From: Armatimonadota bacterium
GTDB lineage: Bacteria; Sysuimicrobiota; Sysuimicrobiia; Sysuimicrobiales; Kaftiobacteriaceae
NCBI GenBank assembly: GCA_037440005.1
Contig: JBBIUY010000057.1
Coordinates: 1 to 10,913, forward strand
DNA length: 10,913 nt
Reading direction: 5' to 3'
The position numbers were made by a program, and so were the translations under genes. The notes below the pieces were generated by a model that searched no databases, had not been told where the DNA came from, and saw only the letters and a list, made by a program, of their open reading frames with translations. Each line of letters starts with the position of its first letter. Position 1 is the first letter of the stretch. This document shows positions 1 to 7,386 of this stretch, piece by piece.

Positions 1-1
1 G

Positions 2-769
2 GTGGGTGAGCTGTGCCCGTGCCTGGACGCGCTTTTCGCCGGCCGGCCCGCCGACGCGGCGCTGTCGCTGCTGGCCGAGGAGGGCTTCCGGGCGGTGGAG
101 TTCTGGGACTGGCGAGAACGGGACATCGACCTGCTGGCCCGCCAGCTGGCCAGGCTGGAGCTGTCGGTGGTCGCCTTCAGCGGGACGACCTTCGACGAGC
201 CTCTCCTGGACCCCGCCGGCCACGCGGCGGCGCTGGCGCACCTGCGCCGCTCCCTGGAGGTGGCGGCGCGGCTGGGGACGCGGCGGCTGGTGGTGCACGT
301 GGGCTACGCCCCCTCCCACCGCCCCCGCCGGGCCCAGTGGGAGGCGGCGGTGGCGGGGCTGCGGCAGGCCGCCGACCTGGCCGGGCCGGCGGGGGTGACG
401 CTGATGGTGGAACCGCTGAATTCCCTCGTGGACCACCCGGGCTACTTCCTGGACACGCTGCCCGACGCCCTGGCGCTGCTGGAGGACGTCGGCCACCCGG
501 CGGTGGGGCTGCTGCTGGACGTCTACCACATGTGGATCATGCACGACGACCTGCTGGAGCGGCTGGAGGCCGCCGCGCCCCGGACGGTCCACGTGCACGT
601 GGCCGACGTGCCCGGCCGGGGAGAGCCCGGCAGCGGCGTCATCCCCTGGCGCGCCGTCCTGGACCGGCTGCAGGCCGGCGGGTACCGCGGGGCGCTGGGT
701 CTGGAGTGCTGGCCCACCACCGACGTGGTGACGGCGCTGAGGCGCAGCCGGGAGGTGCTGGAGGGCTGA
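2..769 (+). CDS. Hydroxypyruvate isomerase-like (Hyi/OtnI-type) TIM-barrel sugar isomerase, xylose isomerase-like/AP endonuclease 2 family
   Basis: 255 aa with Hyi-type motifs: GFRAVEFW, LMVEPLN, HPGYFL, LLLDVYH, HVHVADVPGRGEPGSG, GLEC. The GTG start is at the window edge, so the true start could be slightly upstream. The stop overlaps the next ATG (TGATG, 767-771). Confidence 0.8.
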   Translation: MGELCPCLDALFAGRPADAALSLLAEEGFRAVEFWDWRERDIDLLARQLARLELSVVAFSGTTFDEPLLDPAGHAAALAHLRRSLEVAARLGTRRLVVHVGYAPSHRPRRAQWEAAVAGLRQAADLAGPAGVTLMVEPLNSLVDHPGYFLDTLPDALALLEDVGHPAVGLLLDVYHMWIMHDDLLERLEAAAPRTVHVHVADVPGRGEPGSGVIPWRAVLDRLQAGGYRGALGLECWPTTDVVTALRRSREVLEG

Positions 770-1593
770 TGCGCCGCTTCGGCCTCAACGGAGCCACCAC
801 CGGGCCCGCCGACCTGCTGACCGACGTGCGGGCGGCCCAGCAGGCCGGCTACCACGCCCTGGAGATCCGGGACGCCAAGCTGCAGGCGTACCTGGACGGC
901 GGCGGCACCCTGTACGGGCTGCGCCAGCAGATCTCCGACGCGGGCCTGGAGGTGGCCAGCATCAACGCCCTGGAGCGGGCCACCCTGGCCACCGGCGCCG
1001 CCCGGGAGGCGGTGCTGCGCCGCTGCCGCACCCTGTGCGAGTGGGCGGCGGCCCTGGACTGCCCGTACGTGGTGGCGGTGCCCAGCCCCTTGGCCGACGC
1101 CCCCGGGCCGGACCAGGTGGAGGCGCTCACGGCGGACTCCCTGCGCGATCTGGCCCGGACGGCCGAGCGCTACGGGGTGCGGGTGGGATTTGAGTTCCTG
1201 GGCTTTGCCGGCTGCTCGGTGAGCACCCTGGCGGCGGCCCGGCGGATCGTGGACGCGGTGGGCCACCCCGCCGTGGGACTGGTGCTGGACGCCTTCCACT
1301 TCTACGTGGGAGGATCACGCTGGCAGATGCTGGAGGGGTTGCCGGCCGACCGCCTGTACGTGGTGCACCTGGACGACGCGGAACCCGGACCCCGCCACGC
1401 TCTCACCGACGCCCACCGGCTGCTCCCGGGCGACGGGGTGATCCCCCTGCGGGAGCTGGTCCGCCGTCTGGAGGCGCTGGGGTACCGGGGCGTGTACTCG
1501 GTGGAACTGTTCCGCCCGGAGTACTACCGGTGGGATCCGGTGGAGCTGGCCCGGACCGCGCGGGCGAAGATGGAGGCGCTGTTCGTCGACTGA
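769..1593 (+). CDS. iolI: 2-keto-myo-inositol (inosose) isomerase, IolI-like
   Basis: The real gene is the last 274 aa of the 13..1593 ORF, starting MRRFGLNGATT at the ATG coupled to the upstream stop. Blocks NGATT, LEIR, INAL, YVVAVP, FEFLG..CSV, VGLVLDAFHF, HLDDAE, LTDAHRLLPGDG and SVELFRPEYY closely follow Bacillus subtilis IolI as I recall it. Confidence 0.85.
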   Translation: MRRFGLNGATTGPADLLTDVRAAQQAGYHALEIRDAKLQAYLDGGGTLYGLRQQISDAGLEVASINALERATLATGAAREAVLRRCRTLCEWAAALDCPYVVAVPSPLADAPGPDQVEALTADSLRDLARTAERYGVRVGFEFLGFAGCSVSTLAAARRIVDAVGHPAVGLVLDAFHFYVGGSRWQMLEGLPADRLYVVHLDDAEPGPRHALTDAHRLLPGDGVIPLRELVRRLEALGYRGVYSVELFRPEYYRWDPVELARTARAKMEALFVD

Positions 1594-1614
1594 CGGGACG
1601 GGGAGGGACAGGGC

Positions 1615-2634
1615 ATGGCGGTGCGGGTGGGGATTCTGGGCTGCGGGTTCATCGGCCGCATCCACGCCCTCAACCTGAAGGCGGACCCGCGGGTCCAGCT
1701 GGTGGCGGTGGCCGACGCCGTCCCCCAGGCCGCCCAGCGGCTGGCGGCCGAGGTGGCCGCCCGGCCCCTGCAGTCCCTGGACCAGCTGTTGGAGGAGGGG
1801 ATCGACGCCCTGTACGTGTGCACCCCCAACACCGCCCACGTGGAGCCGGTCCTGCGCGCCCTGGCGGCCGGGCTGCACGTGTTCTCCGAAAAGCCCATGG
1901 CCACCACGCTCGCCGACGCCTGGCGCATCCGGGAGGCGGCGCGCCGGTCCCGGGGCGTCTACCAGCTGGGCTTCAACCGCCGGTTCGCCCACGTGTACCG
2001 GTTCGCCCGGCGGCTCATCGACGAGGGGAAGATCACCCCGCTGCTGGCCCAGATGAAGCACAACCGCGGCGAGCTGCAGCAGCCGCCGTGGACCGCCGAT
2101 CCCGCCGTCACCGGCGGCTATTTGTACGAGACGCCGGTCCACCTGCTGGACATGGGCCGGTTTCTGTTCGGGGACGTCCAGGAGCTGTACGGGTGGGCCC
2201 GGCAGAGCGTCTACCGGGAGCTGGACGGCTTTGTGGTCCTGCTGCGGTACCGCAGCGGCGTCGTCGCGTCCCTGACCAGCGTGGCCCACACCAGCTGGCT
2301 GTTTCCCTACGAGCGGGTGGAGATCTACGGCGAGCACAAGACCGTGGTGACCGAGGAGCTGGAGCGGGCGTGGTTTTCCCCGGGTGTCCGCGAGCCGGTG
2401 GAGGCGGTGGACTGTTTCCAGATGCCCGTCGAACAGAAATGGGGGTACGTGGCCGAAGACCGCCTGTTCATCGACGCGTGCCTGGGCGAGCGCCCGCCGG
2501 CGGTCACCGCCGACGACGGCTACCGCGCCACCGAGCTGGTGGAGGCGTGCTATCGGGCGGTGCGCACCGGGCAGCCCGTGCGGCTGCCCCTGGAGGAGCC
2601 GGGCGGCCCCCCGGCGGGCGGAGGCAGTGGATGA
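1615..2634 (+). CDS. Gfo/Idh/MocA-family NAD-dependent oxidoreductase, probable inositol/cyclitol dehydrogenase
   Basis: 339 aa. Rossmann motif GILGCGFIG, then CTPN..H, HVFSEKPM, GFNRRF and GGYLYETPVHLLD. Purine-rich RBS GGGAGGG at 1601-1607. The substrate is inferred from neighbouring genes. Confidence 0.88.
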   Translation: MAVRVGILGCGFIGRIHALNLKADPRVQLVAVADAVPQAAQRLAAEVAARPLQSLDQLLEEGIDALYVCTPNTAHVEPVLRALAAGLHVFSEKPMATTLADAWRIREAARRSRGVYQLGFNRRFAHVYRFARRLIDEGKITPLLAQMKHNRGELQQPPWTADPAVTGGYLYETPVHLLDMGRFLFGDVQELYGWARQSVYRELDGFVVLLRYRSGVVASLTSVAHTSWLFPYERVEIYGEHKTVVTEELERAWFSPGVREPVEAVDCFQMPVEQKWGYVAEDRLFIDACLGERPPAVTADDGYRATELVEACYRAVRTGQPVRLPLEEPGGPPAGGGSG

Positions 2635-2655
2635 AGACAGCGTCGCTCACTTTGC

Positions 2656-2668
2656 GGTGACAGTCACC
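2656..2668. promoter_or_regulatory. Perfect palindrome GGTGAC-A-GTCACC, candidate transcription-factor operator
   Basis: A 6+6 bp inverted repeat with a 1 bp spacer. It lies in a low-GC stretch (2635-2700, 35/66 = 53% GC) just upstream of the HAD-ABC block. Confidence 0.4.
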
Positions 2669-2683
2669 AGGAGTCAACGGACA

Positions 2684-3583
2684 ATGACGTTACCACAATC
2701 GACGGCTCGCGGGCAGAGAGGGGCGCTCCGGTACCGGCTGCTGGTGGCCGACATCGACGGCACCCTGGTGACCTCCACCCGGGAGATCACCCCCCGCGTC
2801 CTGGCGGCGGTGCGGGCGGCCCGCCGGCGGGGCGTGCGGGTGTGCCTGGCCACCGGGCGCATGTGGCCGTCGGCGGAGCCCTACGTGCGCCGGCTGGGCG
2901 CCGACCCTCCGGTCATCCTGTACAACGGCGGCCTGGTCTACGACTTCGCCACCGGCACCGTGCTGCGCCGCATCCCGCTGGACAGGGACCACGCCCGGGC
3001 CGTGCTGGAGATCCTCCGGGAGCACCCGCAGGTCCAGCCCCACCTGTACGTGGACGACCGGGTGTACACCGGGCGGCCCAGCGAGATCACCGACCAGTAC
3101 CGGCGCAAGGACGGGATCGCCGTGGAGGAGGTGGGCGACCTGCTGGGCTCTCTGTCGGGAGAACCGATGAAGATCCTCATCATCGGCCCGCGGCCGGAAC
3201 TGGAGCGGGTGCGCGCGCGCATCGGGGCGCTGCCCCAGGGGATCCACACGGTGTTTTCCGAGGACACCTACCTGGAGGTCCTGCCCCGGGGCTCGTCCAA
3301 GGGCGCGGCCCTGCGGTGGATGGCCCACCACCTGGGGATCCCGCTGGCCCGGGTGGTGGCCGTGGGCGACAACCTCAACGACCGGGAGATGATTCAGCTG
3401 GCGGGGCTGGGAGTGGCCATGGGCAACGCCCCCGACGAGCTCAAGGCCCAGGCCGACTACGTCACCGCCACCAACGACGACGAAGGGCTGGCGGAGGTCA
3501 TCGAGCGGTTCGTGTTGCACCCAGACGGAGACGACGGTCCGGCGCCTCCCGAGGAGGCGGCGGCACCTGAGGAGGAGGGGTGA
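2684..3583 (+). CDS. Cof-type HAD-IIB family phosphatase (probable sugar/cyclitol-phosphate phosphatase)
   Basis: All four HAD motifs are present: DIDGT, ATGR, SKG and GDNLND, plus Cof-type NGG and GVAMGNA. ATG 2684 follows AGGAG at 2669-2673. The ORF-track start at 2384 overlaps the previous gene and is not credible. Confidence 0.9.
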   Translation: MTLPQSTARGQRGALRYRLLVADIDGTLVTSTREITPRVLAAVRAARRRGVRVCLATGRMWPSAEPYVRRLGADPPVILYNGGLVYDFATGTVLRRIPLDRDHARAVLEILREHPQVQPHLYVDDRVYTGRPSEITDQYRRKDGIAVEEVGDLLGSLSGEPMKILIIGPRPELERVRARIGALPQGIHTVFSEDTYLEVLPRGSSKGAALRWMAHHLGIPLARVVAVGDNLNDREMIQLAGLGVAMGNAPDELKAQADYVTATNDDEGLAEVIERFVLHPDGDDGPAPPEEAAAPEEEG

Positions 3584-3585
3584 GC

Positions 3586-4608
3586 ATGCGCAGACGGGCA
3601 GCACTGCTGGCCGCACTCGTGGGGATGCTGGTGCTGGCGGGCACGGGCGCCAGCGCCCAGGCCCCGCGCCTGGTCGTGTACTCGGCGCTGCCGGACCTGG
3701 AGACGTCGCTGATTCACCGGGAGTTCACCCGCCGCACCGGCATCCCGGTGGACGCCCTGGTGGTCCCCGCCGCGGGCACGCTGCAGGCGCGGATCCGCAC
3801 CGAGAAGGACCGCCCGCGGGCCGACGTGTTCGTGGGGGGATCCCGGGACTTCCACATCCCCCTGGCCCGGGAGGGGCTGCTGCTGCCGTACCGCTCGCCG
3901 GTGGCCGCCCAGGCGAAGATCAATCCGGCCTACCTGGACCCCGACGGCTACTGGCACGGCTGGTACCTGGGCGCTTTGGCCATCATCGTCAACACCGAGC
4001 GGTTCGAGCGGGAGCTGGCGCCCCGGGGCGTCCGCAAGCCCGCCACCTGGGACGACCTCATCCGTCCCGAGTTCAAAGGGCACTTCGTCATGCCCAGCCC
4101 CGTCACCACCGGGGGCGGCTACATCTTCGTGGCGGCCCAGATCTTCCGGCTGGGCGAAGACCGGGCGTGGGCCTACCTGCGGGCCCTCAACGCCAACGCG
4201 TCCCAGTACACGCCCACCGCGCCGGGGACCATCACCCTGCTGGAGCGGGGGGAGGCCATCGTGGGCATGATGTGGGCCCACGAGGCCATCGGCGCCCGCA
4301 TCCTGCGGGCGGCCCCCCTGGAGGTCACCGTGCCCCCCGACACCGGCTTTGAGGTGGGGGCGGTGTCCATCATCAAGGGCGGGCCCAATCCCGAGGGCGC
4401 CAAGGCCTACGTGGACTTCTTGATGACCCGGGTGCCCCAGGACATCAACGCCCGCTACGGGTTCCGCTACCCCGTGCGGGCCGACGTGCCCGTGCCCATG
4501 GGCGCCACGCCGTTTGAGCAGCTGAAGTTCGTCCGCTACGACCTGGACTGGGCCATCCAGAACCAGGCCCGGATCCGGGAGCGGTGGACGCGCGAGATCG
4601 GCCGCTAG
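3586..4608 (+). CDS. ABC transporter substrate-binding protein, AfuA/FbpA-like class (divergent)
   Basis: Sec-type signal peptide MRRRAALL...ASA. Motifs PRADVFVGG, PATWDDL, MPSPVTTGGGY, QYT, WAHE, GFEVGAVSIIKGGPNPEGAKAYVDF. Strong RBS GGAGGAGGGG at 3571-3580. Alternative start is GTG 3580. Confidence 0.88.
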   Translation: MRRRAALLAALVGMLVLAGTGASAQAPRLVVYSALPDLETSLIHREFTRRTGIPVDALVVPAAGTLQARIRTEKDRPRADVFVGGSRDFHIPLAREGLLLPYRSPVAAQAKINPAYLDPDGYWHGWYLGALAIIVNTERFERELAPRGVRKPATWDDLIRPEFKGHFVMPSPVTTGGGYIFVAAQIFRLGEDRAWAYLRALNANASQYTPTAPGTITLLERGEAIVGMMWAHEAIGARILRAAPLEVTVPPDTGFEVGAVSIIKGGPNPEGAKAYVDFLMTRVPQDINARYGFRYPVRADVPVPMGATPFEQLKFVRYDLDWAIQNQARIRERWTREIGR

Positions 4609-4613
4609 AGGGC

Positions 4614-4649
4614 GGGCGGGCCGGAGCCGTCTCCACGCCCGGCCCGCCC
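4614..4649 (+). other. GC-rich intergenic stem-loop between binding-protein and permease genes
   Basis: GGGCGGGCCGG (4614-4624) pairs perfectly with CCGGCCCGCCC (4639-4649), with a 14 nt loop. There is no U-tract, so it is more likely an mRNA-stabilising or attenuating element than an intrinsic terminator. Confidence 0.65.
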
Positions 4650-4663
4650 CCGGACGGCACCAG

Positions 4664-6304
4664 GTGGTGACCCGCGTGGCCGTCATCCGCTGGCAGGAGG
4701 TCCGGCGCCAGGCCGCCGACCCGGGGCTGCTGCTGATGCTGCTGGGGGCGGCCGCCGCGTTGGGCGCGTTCGTCCTGTACCCGGCCCTGCGGGTCCTGGC
4801 CTACCCCACCCTGGCGGACTACCTGGCCATCCCCCGCAGCCTGCGCTGGCTGCAGGCCGCCCGCAACAGCCTGGTCATGATGGTCCTGTCCACCGCCACG
4901 GCCACGGGGGTGGGGCTGGTCTTCGCGTGTGCCATCACCCGGACGGACATGCCCGGCCGGCGGCTGTTCCGGGCCCTGGCGCTGCTGCCGCTGTTCGCGC
5001 CGCCGTTCATGGTGGCGTTCGCCTACATCCTCATGTTCGGCCGCCAGGGGCTGATCACCCGCAGCCTGCTGGGGCTGGACGTGAACATCTTCGGCTGGCC
5101 CGGCCTGTGGCTGGTGCAGACGGTGGCCTTCTTCCCCCTGGCCATGCTGATCATCGCCGGCGTGCTGGAGTCCATCACCCCCTCCCTCGAGCACGCGGCC
5201 CGCAACCTGGGGGCCGACGAGTGGGCGGTCCTGCGCACCGTCACCCTGGCCCTGGCGCGGCCGGGGGTGGCGGGGGCCATGCTGGTGGTGGCCATCTCGG
5301 TCCTGGCCGACTTCGGCAACGCGGTCCTCATCGCCGGGGGCTTTCCCCTGCTGGCCACCGAGGCGTGGTTCCGCATGGAGGGCATGGGCGACCTGACCGG
5401 GGCGGCCGTGGTGGTGGCCATGCTGCTGGTGCCCACCACGGTCCTGTTCCTCCTGGAGCGCTACTGGGTCAGCCGGCGCCGGTACGTCACCGTGACCGGC
5501 CGGGGCGCGCGCCTGGATCCCGTCCCTCTGCCCCCGGTCCTGCGGTGGACGCTGGTGGCCGTGTGCGCCCTGGTGAGCGCGCTGGTGGTGCTGGTGTACC
5601 TGGGCGTGGTGGCGGGAGCGTTCACCGCGGTGTGGGGACGCGACTGGTCCCTGACCCTGGACCACTGGCACCTGGCCCGGGACCGCCTGGGCACCCTGTG
5701 GACCAGCCTGAAGATCGGCGCCCTGGCCGGGGTCATCACGGCGGTGGTGGGGGTGGTGGTGGCCTACCTCACGTCCCGGACCATCCCGCTGCGCCGGGCC
5801 GTGGACTTCCTGGCGGTCCTGCCCGGGGCGATGCCGGGCGTGTTCGTGGGCGTGGGGTTCGTGCTGGCCTTCAACCGCACGCCCCTGGGCGGCACCCCCT
5901 GGCTGGTGGCGATCGCGCTGGCCTTCTGGCACCTGCCCATGGGCTACCAGGCGGCGGCGGCGCGGCTGCGGCAGATCGAGCGGGCGATCGAGGAGGCCGC
6001 CATGAACCTGGGCGCCAGCGGGGTGCGGGTCCTGCTGGACGTGTACGTGCCCCTGCTGCTCCGGGGGGTGGTGGAGGCGTTTGCCGTCTCCTTCATCCGG
6101 GCGGTGACCAACGTCAGCATCGTCGTCTTCCTGGTGGCGCCCGGGACCATGGTGGCCACCTTCGTGATCCTGGGGCTGATCCAGAGCAACACCTGGGGCG
6201 CGGCGGCGGCGCTGACCACCATGCTGCTGGCCATCACCTTCGCCGCCGTGGGCCTGACGGGCCTGGCGGTGGGCCGGGCGGTGCGCGGACAGCCGGTGGG
6301 ATGA
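4664..6304 (+). CDS. ABC transporter permease with two fused transmembrane domains (FbpB/AfuB-type)
   Basis: 546 aa and highly hydrophobic. Two EAA loops (LEHAARNLGA, IEEAAMNLGA) and FbpB-type motifs PLFAPPF, LFGRQG-like MFGRQGLIT and LADFGN. The start may be GTG 4664 or 4667. Confidence 0.9.
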   Translation: MVTRVAVIRWQEVRRQAADPGLLLMLLGAAAALGAFVLYPALRVLAYPTLADYLAIPRSLRWLQAARNSLVMMVLSTATATGVGLVFACAITRTDMPGRRLFRALALLPLFAPPFMVAFAYILMFGRQGLITRSLLGLDVNIFGWPGLWLVQTVAFFPLAMLIIAGVLESITPSLEHAARNLGADEWAVLRTVTLALARPGVAGAMLVVAISVLADFGNAVLIAGGFPLLATEAWFRMEGMGDLTGAAVVVAMLLVPTTVLFLLERYWVSRRRYVTVTGRGARLDPVPLPPVLRWTLVAVCALVSALVVLVYLGVVAGAFTAVWGRDWSLTLDHWHLARDRLGTLWTSLKIGALAGVITAVVGVVVAYLTSRTIPLRRAVDFLAVLPGAMPGVFVGVGFVLAFNRTPLGGTPWLVAIALAFWHLPMGYQAAAARLRQIERAIEEAAMNLGASGVRVLLDVYVPLLLRGVVEAFAVSFIRAVTNVSIVVFLVAPGTMVATFVILGLIQSNTWGAAAALTTMLLAITFAAVGLTGLAVGRAVRGQPVG

Positions 6305-6307
6305 CCG

Positions 6308-7363
6308 ATGGCGCGGGTGCGGCTGGAGGGCGTGACCAAGCGGTTCGGCGTCACGGTGGCGGTGGCGGACGTCACCCTGGACGTCCCCGAGGGGTGCTTT
6401 TTCACGCTGCTCGGTCCCAGCGGGTGCGGCAAGACCACGACCCTGCGGATCGTGGCCGGGTTTCACCTCCCCGACCGGGGGGAGGTCTACATCGGCGAGG
6501 AACGGGTCACCCACCTCCCGCCCCACCGGCGGCGGACGGCCATGGTGTTCCAGGAGTACGCCCTGTTTCCGCACATGACCGTCGGCGAGAACGTGGCCTA
6601 CGGCCTGCGCATGCGCCGACTGCCCGACGCCCAGGTGCGGTCCCGGGTGGCCGCCGCCCTGGAGCTGGTGGGCCTGCGGGGGGTCGAGCGGGCGTTCCCC
6701 TCCCAGCTGTCGGGGGGCCAGCAGCAGCGGGTGGCGCTGGCCCGGGCCCTGGTGGTGGAGCCCGACGTGCTGCTGCTGGACGAACCGCTGTCCAACCTGG
6801 ACGCCAAGCTGCGGGTGCGGGTGCGCGGGGAGATCCGCCAGCTGCAGCGCCAGCTGGGCAAGACGGTCCTGTACGTGACCCACGACCAGGAGGAGGCGCT
6901 GGCCATCTCCGACCGCGTCGCCGTCATGGAGGCGGGGCGGGTGCTGCAGGTGGGCACGCCGGTGGAGATCTACCACCGTCCGGCCCACCGGTTCGTGGCC
7001 GACTTCGTGGGCCTGGCCAACTTCGTCGAGGGGGAGGTGGTCGGTCCCGACGCCGTGCGCTGCGCCGGGGTCGTGGTGCGGCTGCGGGGGGACGGGCTGG
7101 CCCCGGGGCGGGTGACGGTGATGCTCCGCCCCGAAGCCCTGCGGCTGCACCGGCAGCCCCCCGCCGGCGGGGTGGTGCTGCCGGGCCGCATCACCGGCAG
7201 CAGCTTCCTGGGCACCCTGGCCCGGTACTGGGTGGCGGCTGGAGGGCTCACCTGGATCGTGGACGTGCCCGCGCCCGGAGAGACGGTCTACGAAGGGGAG
7301 GTGTTCCTGGAAATTCCCCCGGAGCGGGTGCACGTGCTCCGGGCCGACGACGCGACCGCATAA
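6308..7363 (+). CDS. ABC transporter ATP-binding protein (FbpC/AfuC/PotA class)
   Basis: Walker A GPSGCGKT, Q-loop VFQEYALFPH, signature LSGGQQQR, Walker B LLLDE and H-loop YVTHD. The C-terminal extension looks TOBE-like. Confidence 0.95.
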   Translation: MARVRLEGVTKRFGVTVAVADVTLDVPEGCFFTLLGPSGCGKTTTLRIVAGFHLPDRGEVYIGEERVTHLPPHRRRTAMVFQEYALFPHMTVGENVAYGLRMRRLPDAQVRSRVAAALELVGLRGVERAFPSQLSGGQQQRVALARALVVEPDVLLLDEPLSNLDAKLRVRVRGEIRQLQRQLGKTVLYVTHDQEEALAISDRVAVMEAGRVLQVGTPVEIYHRPAHRFVADFVGLANFVEGEVVGPDAVRCAGVVVRLRGDGLAPGRVTVMLRPEALRLHRQPPAGGVVLPGRITGSSFLGTLARYWVAAGGLTWIVDVPAPGETVYEGEVFLEIPPERVHVLRADDATA

Positions 7364-7386
7364 ACGCCGCGGGGAGGAGGCGACCG

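Noticed and set aside
13..768. N-terminal half of the 526 aa ORF
   Set aside because: Out-of-frame shadow of the Hyi-like gene. IolI similarity begins at ATG 769.
3525..3583. Acidic Pro/Ala-rich tail of the HAD protein (DGDDGPAPPEEAAAPEEEG)
   Set aside because: Likely a disordered tail, partly dictated by the embedded RBS of the next gene.
4614..4649. Rho-independent terminator
   Set aside because: No U-tract, and it lies inside an ABC cassette. It is kept only as a stem-loop.
4445..7333. 962 aa antisense ORF and the other long minus-strand ORFs
   Set aside because: They mirror real plus-strand genes. Stop-poor antisense frames are expected at this GC3 bias, and no protein motifs are recognisable.
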